This document shows, piece after piece, positions 1-10,283 of a DNA stretch of 64,000 bases. Numbering within the stretch: position 1 is the first letter of the stretch; the number at the start of each line of letters is the position of its first letter. The position numbers and the translations under genes are program-made. A model generated the notes under the pieces. It was not told where the DNA came from, ran no database searches, and saw only the letters and a list, made by a program, of their open reading frames with translations. Source of the stretch: the human T2T-CHM13v2.0 reference genome, Homo sapiens; NCBI RefSeq assembly GCF_009914755.1, contig NC_060936.1; one strand, written 5' to 3'.

Positions 1-494
1 CGCCCTGGGAAAGGTTGGTCAGGAGGTGACAGGGGTCTCCAGGAGGAGCTCGGGAGGTGACAAGGGTCTCCAGGAGGGAGCAGGGGCTGCTCGGCCAGGC
101 TGCCCTGGAGCTTGAGGATAAGGTCAAGGTTGGTATGTGTTGCTCCGACTTGAGAATGAATTAGGTGTGTGACTGTGTGGCATCGTGAACATCAGTAGTG
201 ACGCAGCCGTGGCCTGGGCTTTGCCTGCAGCGCACTTAGGTTACACGGAGCGGGATCAGAAGCAAGCGATTCGGCACACAGGCGTTTGGCCACAGCAATT
301 AGGAAATACATATTCTGCGGCAGGGACACGATCATATTTTGGTGTGAAGAAGAGGGCAAGAGAAGCAGAAGGAGAATGGGTCGGTAGGTGTGAAAAGTGT
401 TTGGCATGCATGGGATTAAACAGAAAAGGTGTGGCTGAGATTTCCCAGTGGTGCTCACAGTGCATGGACAGCGCGGGGTGGGGCACGGCGGGCT
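1..494 (-). other. CCDC92: CCDC92 3'UTR (continues past the window edge)
   Basis: Immediately downstream of the stop codon. I saw no canonical minus-strand AATAAA within 1-494. Confidence 0.85.
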
Positions 495-1267
495 TCACAC
501 AGTTCTGTCCGTCCCTGAGTGCTTCCTCACCACCTTGCCTCCGTTCACCTGGTCGACCGCCAGGGTCTTCACCTCGGGCTGGGCCTGCGGCGGGGTGGCG
601 TGGTGGATCCGATGTGCCACCCCGACGTGGGCCTTGTGCGGCTTTTCGCGGGCCGGGCTGTGCTGCTCGCCGCTTCGGTCGGAGGCGATGGGGGGGATGA
701 CGAGGGGCCTCTCTTTGATGAGGTGGACCTCGGCGGACTCCCTAGCCAGCAGAAATGGGGTGGGGTCGGGCATAGCATCCACTGGTTCCCGCAAAAGGAG
801 TTTCCTGCTCTCTGCCCCGAATCTGTAGACCTCTTCAAATTCCGGGTGCAAGGGGGCTGAGAGGCTCTTTTTCATGCGGCGGCGAGGCGTTTCGGGTAGC
901 TTGTCTTTGGGGGGCGCTGGCTTGTAGCTGGCCAGCACGGGGCTCCCTGACGGGCTGGCATCTGAGGTCCCGCTGGAGCTCATGAGCTTCTTCTTGGCGG
1001 CGTGCAGCTGGGAGGTCAGGTAGGCGATGGTGCTGGCCCGCTGCTCCAGCTCGCTAGACAGCAGGGTCAGCTTGTGACTCTTGGCCTTCAGCTCCTCCAG
1101 GTACTTCTTCTCTCGCTCCTTGATGGTGTTCTCCAGCACTGTGATCATCGCGTTTTTCTGCTCCAGTTCTTTCAACAACTCAGCATTTTCGTTCTCTTTC
1201 ACTTTCAGTTGGGCTTCCAGCTCTTCACATCTTTTCTTTAATTCACTGCTTTTAGAAGTCCCGTCTC
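495..1267 (-). CDS. CCDC92: CCDC92 last coding exon (coiled-coil C-terminal half and disordered tail, ...GDGTSKSSELKK...RKHSGTDRTV*)
   Basis: ORF 495..1202(-) is the recognisable CCDC92 C-terminus. Acceptor cttattcttgtag|GAGACGGG puts the exon start at 1267. The phase matches the upstream exon (G|GA = Gly). Stop TGA at 497-495. Confidence 0.97.
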
Positions 1268-1784
1268 CTACAAGAATAAGCCGAGGAAGCAGGTGAAGAA
1301 CTCATTAGACTGAGGCCGAGTGGTGAGGCCTATGGGGCAGGCGGACCTGTCTGGTGGGGGCCCTGTCTAGGCTGTGGGGGCCATGCAGAAGGCAGGGCTG
1401 TGGGGGCTCTGGAAAGACCCCTCCCCTCCCCGAGGTGGGGAGATCGGGGCATCTCAGAGGCCCTTTCCGGCTCTTAGTTCTCTGGCCTACTGCATAAAAG
1501 AATGTCTCTGAACCTTAAAGATGCTGAACTTAAAACAGGCAATTGCAGAGTATCAGACCTCAGCAAACACTTAGGATTCAACTGGCCGCAAATCCCTCTG
1601 TCTGCTCAGATGGCATTTATGGAATGCCTGCTACATTCAAAGTACTGTTTTGAAACTCAAATGTAAAAAGAATTATCCATGTCTATTGAATTAAAATTCT
1701 GATGTTTAGAGGAGAAGAGGTGTGGGGCTGTCACCTTTGCTCTGCCGCTGGCCGCCTCTCTCACCCCCCTACCCCCGTCTCTCT

Positions 1785-1802
1785 CACACACACACACACA
1801 CA
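1785..1802. repeat. (CA)9 microsatellite preceded by a short (CT)n
   Basis: Direct reading of the sequence. Confidence 0.9.
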
Positions 1803-2847
1803 GACTCTTTCCCACTTCCTGCTCAGAGAGTGAGCTGTCTCGCCTCTGTGGCTCTTACCCTTGGTCCCTCCCTGCCCCTGCCCTAACACTTCGGGCCTCT
1901 GCCTCCTTTTGCTGTCCCTGGGTGCCTGCCCTCACCCAGTCCTTCAGCAAACACCAGCCACCTCCTTCTCCTGCTCTTCTGGTGACCTGCAGTCCCTGGT
2001 CACCTCACATAGCACCCTTGGCTCTAAACCCTGGGTCACCATCCTACTCCTCCTAACGCTGGCTGGCTGGCCATCCTCCTTGCCTGGCCCCTGGGAAGTT
2101 CTTTCTAGACTCTTCCTTGCTGGTCTGGAATTCAACTTGAGCATCAGCTCCCGATTCAGTGTCTCCTGAGCACCACTTCTCCAAGTGAGTGTCCGTCAGA
2201 CACACCCTCAAGTCCAGATAGCTGCTCTGCTTCCCACATCTTGACTCTCCCAGGGAAACTGGATGCAGTCGCCATCCCTGGCCTCCCCTCCCTGACTGTG
2301 CCTTTCTGCTGGCTGCTCAGTGCTGCCCCCTCCCTGCTCCTCCAGCCGGCCTTGGTCCCACCTCCTCTCTGGTCTTCGTTTCAGCCCATCCTGTATTTAG
2401 GAAGCTTGGTCACCCCCTAAATATTCTTGTCCTCTGTTCAAAATGGTTCCTCACTGCCTAATAAAACCCAAACTGCCAGATGCCTTCCAGTTCCTCAATC
2501 TGTCCTGAATGTTATCTGCTCCCACATAAATCAAAGCTTCCATCACTCTCCCCAAGCCACCACCTCTTGTTCTGTCTCTATTGTACCCTCTGTCCTTGCC
2601 CTAACTCCAGACCTGCACGCCCAGTTTCCCTGTACCAACTCCACCACCCAGGGCCTGCCTAGGCACTGGACGCCACTGGACGTCTTTCCCGGGCTTCTGT
2701 CTGTCTTGCTTTGAATTTTCCCACCTGCCTGAGCTAGCAGCAGCTCTGCAGCATGTCCCGCCGCCAGACTCTGAGCTTTTGAGGGCCCACAGCTGACTGG
2801 ACTGGTCTTGTGCAGGACACTTGCATGTTACAAGCTCGCTGCAGGTG

Positions 2848-3047
2848 ATGGGCGCTCCTCGACTTAGCATGGGGTCATGTCCCGAAAAATCCAATGTAAG
2901 TTGAAAATACCGTAAGTCAAAAGTGTGTTTTCGATATTTTCAGCTTACCATGGGTTTATCTGGACATATCCATGGTAAGTCGAGGAGTGTACTGAATGGG
3001 TATTGCCCCATGCAGTTGAAAAATTTTAAGTTGAACCATTGCAAGTT
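2848..3047 (+). mobile_element. Tigger4a-like (TcMar-Tigger) non-autonomous DNA transposon
   Basis: ctcctcgacttagcatgggg...ccatggtaagtcgaggag internal palindrome and aagttgaaccattgcaagtt end resemble the recalled Tigger4/Zombi consensus. Confidence 0.7.
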
Positions 3048-4911
3048 TCTAGTTTTAAAAACCATGTGTCTGTGTGTGTATGTGCAGGTATAATGTCAGC
3101 AAATGACCTCCCTAAAAAGGATGCATGCAGTACTACCTTTCATGAGGTTTCTTCTTTTGCCAAAAGGAAAATAGATCCTAAAACACAGTTTCAGAGGTAG
3201 AGAGAGGGACAGAGACACACACACGACTCTGTAGACACTGTAAGACCCAGGAGCCCAGCCACCTGGGCTGAACCCCTGCAACCTGAAATGCTGACCTGGG
3301 CACGGCATTGGGCCTGGTACCCGCTGTCCTTCCCCCAGGGCCTGTGGGACAACAACCCATGCCTGTCGCAGGGCCTTTGCTTTCAGCCCACACTCGGGTG
3401 GACAGTGGGCCTTGGGCTCCTTCCGAGGAAGGGCTGCAACCTCAGACCTTCAACCACATCCCTGGCCTGCTGTGAGCATCCTGGGATTTTTCTTCCCCCA
3501 GGCAGTGCTGCAAAAGGCTGATGGACGTTTGGAACATTCAGGAACAAGGCTGTCCCTGGGCTTTGCTCATGTCCTGTGAGGGGCAGCCCACAAAGGCAGA
3601 GGGCCCTGGTGGTCGGACTGGGGACTTGGATTTGTGGGGCACCTGTCAGATGAAGATGCAGGTTCAGAGATGTCAAAGAACCTGCCCAAGGCCACACAGC
3701 CCCTCCGAGTCAGAGCAGAGGCCCAAATCTGGGGCTCATTAAGCATCACTCTGGTTCTTTTCGCCACAGCATCCTGAGAGAAGCTCCTCCTGGATAGACA
3801 TCCTCCTCATCATCCTTCCTTGAGAGTCATCTAGCTGTGCTGCCTCCTCCTCCAGGGTGCAGCCTTGGCTCCGGGCTGATGTTTACCGGCCCCGACTTGA
3901 GTGGGCCGTCCTGTGGGAAGGAGCTGGTACGACTGCTCCTCCATCCCCAGCTCTGGAGAGCTGCTTCAGTGACTGTCCTTCCCAGGAATCAGCACCTCCT
4001 GTTTTGCCAATTTCTTGCTCTTTATAGAAAGCTCCACTCCACCTCCTCCTCTGTACGTACCCCCTTTCTGGAAATTTCAGTCTTCCCATGAAAGCTTGGT
4101 GCACACTGAGCTGACAGCAGCCAACTGCTGCTGGTCTCCAAACGCTGCACTGCTGAGCCTGCCCGAGCGTCAGGGCACTGCAACGCTTCTAAACCTGCGC
4201 ACTCCCTGGGCCCGCCCAGACTTCTGGGGTCACAGCCCCCAGGGGAGGGAAGCCAAGAGTCTATGCTGTACCCTGGGTCCCGAAACTGCTTGGAATTGGG
4301 CAGTTTTGGGTGCACTAATGTAAAACAATGATTTTCACCACTGGGAGGGGAGACGCCCCGACTGGAACCACCTGAGAGGCTTTTGAAACTGCCTCCCCTA
4401 AGACACAGCCCTTGCTGTGAGACCCTGCTGCTGCTGGGAGTACTACATCAGGTGGGTGGGTGGGTGGGCAGGTGGCCTTGGGACCTCAGGTTGAGAACCG
4501 TGACTGGAGAGGCCACAGGGCAAAACTATGCTGCTTCAGATTAGCCTGGGCCAGGAGAGGACAGGGAGCGAGGACGCCCTGGCTTCCATGACACGGGTAG
4601 CTCCTTTCCCAAGGCTTCAGTGCTGGCAGGTGTGGACGCTGGAGGTCCCTAGTGTCAGGCTGAAATCCTGTTCCTCTGCATTCCCACAGGCCCAGCTCCC
4701 AGTCCCAGGGCTTCGGGGGAGGTCCCTGGTATCCCTCCACAGGGAGACTTCTGAGGACAGGCTCCCATTCCACCACCCCAAGAAGCCCACGGCGCCTTCC
4801 CTACCACACGCAGACAAAAAGATGTCTGGGCTCCTGGGTGGCGCACTCAGGAGGCTGTAATATGAGCAATGCAAATGGAAAAAAATCAGTGCTCGGTAAT
4901 CCACTAAGGCT

Positions 4912-5487
4912 TGGTGGAAATGGTCTGTGTCTTTTACAAGGAACTGGACACTCTCATGAATAGTAACTGCCATTGTGAGGCCTGTTTAGAAAAAGGCATT
5001 GTGGGGAATGGAGAAGTTCTTCAAAGTTTCTTGAAACCATAAAGAGCTTGTCATTTCCTTGCTCTATGTATATCTCTATATATGTTCCAGTGTAGCTGCT
5101 CCGCCTTGCCCCGGCACGCCTGCGCAGGGCTGAGCGAGCCCTGGACCATAGTGCATGCTCTTCCTTATTTGGAAACTCTCCTGACCCTCTCATGACTAGC
5201 TTCCTCTTTTCTTTGTCCTCTTTCCCTTTTGCCTATTTAGGAAAGTTTCAAGCTGTTAGCCAATCGGGTCAAGCTTAGAATGTGAGGTCCCATTCCAGTC
5301 AATGGAAACTGGACACAGTCATAGGGCAATTGCATCAGGTTATGAAGATTATAAATGTCCTCGTCTCCTTTGTTTGAGTGTGCTCTCGTGGTAAGACTGC
5401 TGGCGAGTTGCACCCTTTCTGCAGAAAGTAAACTAGCCTTGCTGAGCCATCCATTGCCTTCCCGACGTGATAAACCCGTTTCCAACA
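4912..5487 (+). mobile_element. LTR10-family (HERV-I, ERV1) solo LTR
   Basis: The 3' half (tagccaatcggg...gaggtcccattccagtcaatggaaac...ctggcgagttgcaccctttctgcagaaagtaaa..gccttgctgag) matches the recalled LTR10 consensus. The termini tggtggaaa / tttccaaca are imperfect inverted repeats. Confidence 0.7.
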
Positions 5488-6180
5488 GGTGTCTCTGCAC
5501 AAACATGGATTCAGCACTTTCCAAACACCCACCCTGTTTTAGGGAGCAGGCTCTTTGCAGCAGGCACAGAGGGCCCTGGGAAGGCCTGGGTTTCTGTCTC
5601 TTCTCTGGCGGCCAGCAGGCAGCTGCCCTTTGGGGTTTCCTGAGGTCCTGGAGGATTCTGGTTTGGGGAGGGTTCTGGGGCTGTAGTCCAGAGAAAGCCC
5701 CAGATCCTCAGGGAGCTGTCTAGTAATGTGACCACTCGCCCGCCAGCATTTAGCAAGCTGCTGCTCTGTGCCAGGCCCATGCTAGGCGGCAGCGACACGG
5801 AGGAGCGGGGGCGGTTCTGCCCAATGCTGCTGCTGCTGTTACTCCTCCTTTTGGGTTTAACTCACGTCTATTTTTATGTCCTGATTACACAAGGAACACA
5901 TGTTCATTGTAGGAAAATCAGAAAAACATATAATAGGCATTCCAAATATATGTGTCATTCAAAAGAAAACAAAATCACTCATCCCCCTGCCCACTAATAA
6001 CCACTTGCAACACGGAGGGATCCAAACATCCTTCTCATCTTCTCTTAGAGAGCTCAGGCCACACGCATAACTCTTCCCAGCAAGAGCATTTTCTCCTAAG
6101 TGTGTGACTAGTGAAAACGGCACCAACACGTACCACAAAGGGAAACCTACTGTCATTTACTTCTGGGGAGGAGTTCTTAC

Positions 6181-6222
6181 CTGTCTGTTCCGAACTTTTG
6201 ACTGTCAGCTCATATGTTAAAT
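6181..6222 (-). CDS. CCDC92: CCDC92 42-nt coding exon (DLTYELTVKSSEQTG)
   Basis: Acceptor tttcccttttag|AT and donor ACAG|gtaaga. The peptide appears in ORF 6035..6481(-) and keeps frame with both neighbouring exons. Confidence 0.95.
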
Positions 6223-6783
6223 CTAAAAGGGAAATGTTACACATTAATTCTTTTACTGTACATTTCAAAATCTTCATCAGCTTTGAAAATGCAAAACCGA
6301 TTCCCACGATTAGCCAGCGAGTCCTACCCAGACAGAGCAGGGTTTGGCAGCAGGAGAGGTGAGCATGAGAGCAGCAGAAAACATCTGCGGCCACTGTGCT
6401 CCCTGGGGTCAGAGGGCACCCTCTGTTCCCCCAAACTCCCTTCCCCATTCCCCCACAGCATATCCCAACCATCCAAACCAAACAATCCAGCAGCTGGCTC
6501 TATGTATCACACAGGCTATATCTTGGTTATCAGTTCCAAAACACATTGGAGATTCTAACCATTGTATTTTAATCTCTTAAGTCCTCAGTATGCCAAGAAA
6601 AGGCTTTGCAGCTTTATGCTTAGTGCATCTTGATTATGCAATGAGGATGATATAAGGCATTCAGATGGACTCCTGCAACGATGATGGGAGCTGGGGGCAG
6701 GGCAGGCCTAGCACATTCTGACGCTGGGCTCTGCCGTGCCCCATAGCCGCCCCCCGCCTGCCCGGGCCTGCTCCCCGATGTAC

Positions 6784-6930
6784 CTGTGCAGTGCTGCTGC
6801 AGCCGCCTGATCTCGGAGTGCAGCCCCTTGAGCGTGCTGGCATGCTCCCGCTGAAGGAACAGGAGGTTCTTCTGTGCGCTGTGCAGCTGGTTCTCCAGGT
6901 TTGTGGCTGCCATGCTGACATCCAGAGGAC
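6784..6930 (-). CDS. CCDC92: CCDC92 147-nt coding exon (GPLDVSMAATNLENQLHSAQKNLLFLQREHASTLKGLHSEIRRLQQHCT)
   Basis: Acceptor ttacccacag|GT and donor ACAG|gtacat. Heptad-rich peptide in ORF 6620..7048(-), the conserved CCDC92/CCDC74-type N-terminal coiled coil. Confidence 0.96.
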
Positions 6931-7708
6931 CTGTGGGTAACACAGACCCTGGCTGCGGTGCCTGAAGAGGGTCCCAGGGCTGCCTGCCCTCCTTGGCTCT
7001 GGGTGCAGAGGGGTGTGCGCCTCCCAGGAGAGAGCAGAAGGAAACCACGGCTCCTGAAGGGCAGGGTGTGGGGGCACCAGGGCTACATTCCCATCACTGC
7101 AGGGAGGCCCCAGGCCAGGGACGGCAGCCTCTGCTTCCCGAACGCCTTGGGGTGTGCCCTAGCACCTAGCACGATGCCTGGCACATGAATGAGTGAGGCC
7201 CACTCCAGAGTACAAAGTCATTTCCCTTTACTCATGAGGAAACAGATCAAGAGAGGCAGATTCGCGAGCCTGGGGTCACACAGCCAGTGAGGTATGGAGC
7301 AGGGATTCTAATCCAGGGACCCTTGGTTCCAAATCCTGTCCTCTCCACGCACCACCTCACCCCAACAGACTGTGACTGACCAAATCACGCCCAAAAGATT
7401 TCCCTGACCAGGAAGCACTGACAGCTTCCTCATGGGAAAAGCTGGCACCTGGGAAATGGGCCAAACATTTCCTCTAAATGGCATCTGGAGCCAGCCAAAG
7501 TAGGAGGGAGAGATGGGCTGAATTCCAGAGGGAAGCCCCCTGCACTTCACAGCACTGAGAGGAGCCACAGATCCTTCTTGGGAAGGTCTGAGAACGTATC
7601 TCATGGGGCCAGGGGGTGGTGCAGGTGTCTGGAGTCTGTCCCCAATGCTTGGCCCCTCCCAGCCCCAGCTTCCAGCATCTGATGCTCACTCAGGGCCCCA
7701 GACTCTAC

Positions 7709-7742
7709 CTTCATCGTAACTCGAGAAATGTGGTGAAGTCAT
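7709..7742 (-). CDS. CCDC92: CCDC92 first coding segment (MTSPHFSSYDE-G) within exon 2 (exon 7801-7709)
   Basis: ATG at 7742-7740, donor GAAG|gtagag, acceptor catttcatcctcag|T at 7801. The four coding pieces 34+147+42+773 = 996 nt give 331 aa. Confidence 0.93.
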
Positions 7743-9410
7743 GGGTCTTTCTGGAAAAGCTACCAGAGTAATTCAAGACGCTTGTACAGCACTGAAAAAT
7801 ACTGAGGATGAAATGTGAGTTATTTGCTTATAAATTATTATTGTAAATACAGAACCTCAGAATGCATTTTCCCTAATTTGCTATTCCAGAGAACCCTCCG
7901 TAAAGGAGGTACAACTTCTCAATGGCTCCCAGGACGCAGCCCATTTGTAGGATGCCACAGTGGAACCGTTTTGGAGACACTGACACACCCAGGCTGTCAC
8001 TGCTTCAGACGACACCAATTGCTCATCAATTATCTGTACGACCAGTGACATGCATGCACACTAGCTCTGGAGCTAGGACGAGTTCATAACGAACTTCAGA
8101 CATACACTTTCATCACACGAAAACACTTCCTGGGCGCTGCTCCGGTGGAAAGCCACAGACTCCACTCCGAGGGCAACCTGAGAACGCAGAGAAGGAAATA
8201 AAACACGACGGAGCTCACGAAGGGGAATGAACAATGATACATCCTAAAAAGGACCAAGAAAAAGAGAAACAAGAGGCCCTTTCAGTTGGGGACAAAAACT
8301 GGCAGGAGAGGGCAGTGGCCCCAGGACACGGCAAGTACAGTCTCGGGGGGCACCTCACCACGGGCAGTGATTGGGCAGAGCTGATCAGAAGCCTTGGAAT
8401 TGGTCATCTCTCTGAACTAGCAATTTATTTTTAGAAATCTACCAAAGGGAAATTATTACTTTTGTGTGAAAAGAGGTAGCTGTGAGAATGGTCACTACAG
8501 TGCAGTTTGCAGTTGGAAAAGACTAGAAACAAACTCAAAACCCGACAATAGGGAGTGGGTTAAATAACTTAAGGCGACCATTTCTAGGCATGTTTCTATA
8601 AAACAAAGCATAGCTCTCCCTGGCCTTTGACTGCCGTCGCACTGGGCTGCAGATGATGGCAGAGTTGAGTTTCCATCAAGCAGGGCTTTCCTCAGTGGAG
8701 CCGTGAGCAGCATTCCGGCAGGAGTGAGAAAGGATGTTTCTGTCCCCGAAACCGTCTCTGTGCTGTAACCGCAAACTCTCCTGTGTAGGCTGCTGGGCCA
8801 GACACTAGTTTCTAAGTGGAACCCCACAGTTCCCGAGATCCCAACACTGTCTGCACAGCACGTGGTCTTGGGGGGCGCTGACCTTAACAAAGGAGCCAGC
8901 TACGACCAAGGCAGGTTCAGCGTGTGGCACACGTGTGCCGCGTGCTTGCTGTGGAAAGGGTGAGCACCTTCTGACCTTGCCCTTCCCTCACAAAGCAGAA
9001 CGCTTGAAAGCGGAACAGCCTCAGCGTCAAAGGAAGGAAAATCCCAGGAGCGCCTGAGAGCTGTCAGTAGCGGTGCCTACGTTTTCCTTCCACTCAGCAA
9101 TCCGGAGTCGTTCACTCTGGCATCAATTCCAGCACCTCACCTGGAGGCTGAATCCCGAAGAGCTGAAAGGGGTTTGGAAGTGGGAACTCTAGCAGAGATG
9201 CTTTCAAAGGACAGACTCAAATCCAGGATTCTGTTGGCTGATGGAAGAAGCAGAGCCCATATGTTAGTGGCTTGCTGTCAAAGAGAAAGAACCATTTAAA
9301 TGTGATCCAGAATTTAGTGGGTCTTGGATGACAGGAGAGCTGCCCTAGGCCTAGTGTCCTACCCCTCACAAGCACTGTCCCCAGCTGCACAACCTGGGGG
9401 TGGCCTTGAC

Positions 9411-9546
9411 GCTGGCATCCCCCGCCATCCATTTCCAGTCCATGATGATCTTGCTGGCATCCCCCGCCATCCATTTCCAGTCCATGATGATCTTGCTGGC
9501 ATCCCCCGCCATCCATTTCCAGTCCATGATGATCTTGCTGGCATCC
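9411..9546. repeat. Perfect 42-bp tandem repeat, 3.2 copies
   Basis: Unit gctggcatcccccgccatccatttccagtccatgatgatctt starts at 9411, 9453 and 9495, with a partial copy at 9537. Confidence 0.97.
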
Positions 9547-10200
9547 TGCTTTGAAAGCAGCTCTCAGATCCGTTCAACTCTCCCCGTCTCCGCTGCTGAG
9601 GCCGTCCTCACCCTCACCCAAATCCCTGCCAGAAAGCCTCCCTCTGTCCTCTCCTACCTGCTCCATTCTGCTCTCCACGTGGCAGCAGAGTGATCTTGTT
9701 TTTAAATTGAGACTACTTAAAAACCTCCAATGGTTCCCACTGCTCTGAGAATCAGACTGGTCTGCCCGGCCCTGCAACTGGCCCCGCCACCCTCGCTGGC
9801 CCTTCTCCTACCCCCAGGGCTCCAGGTGGCACGAGCTTTCCTCCGGGTGCCCTGCTGGGCTGTGCTTCTCCCACCCTGGTGCCCTCTCATGGCTCCTCCT
9901 CTGCCCAGAACACTCTTCTTAGGCCTCTCTCCCACCCACCTCTCCTGGGTCTCCACTGTCTACTTATCCTTTAGGTCTCAGTACAAGTTTACTTCCTCCC
10001 GGAAGCCCTGGCCCCCAGACTCGGGTGCATTACCACCCTGTCCCCAGTTCTAGTCTTTGTGTCTCTGTGAGGGTCTGTAAGTGTGGGTCTGTTTCCCGCC
10101 TCCTCGCACAGACTCCAGATTGTTCACTGCTGCACCCTAAGCCCTAGCACAGTGCCTGGCACCCTGGAGGCCCACGAATGGGCCTGGTGCCAGTCTGTTG
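9547..10200 (+). mobile_element. L2 LINE 3' fragment
   Basis: ctccacgtggcagcagagtgatctt..ttttaaa, cctccaatggttcccactgctctgagaat and cctagcacagtgcctggcac are typical L2 3'-end motifs. Confidence 0.65.
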
Positions 10201-10283
10201 AGTGCAGCTGTGGTGCCAGAGGAATGTAAGGGCTTCAGGGTTGAAAAGCTTTTGTTTCCATGGGCTTCCTATTTAGGTGCTTC

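Noticed and set aside
185-1296. Plus-strand ORFs overlapping the CCDC92 last exon
   Set aside because: Antisense shadows of a GC-rich coding exon.
9217-9693. Repetitive-peptide ORFs and a CRISPR-like appearance of the 42-bp repeat
   Set aside because: Units are contiguous with no unique spacers, there are no cas genes, and the DNA is a human intron. The peptide repeats arise only because 42 is a multiple of 3.
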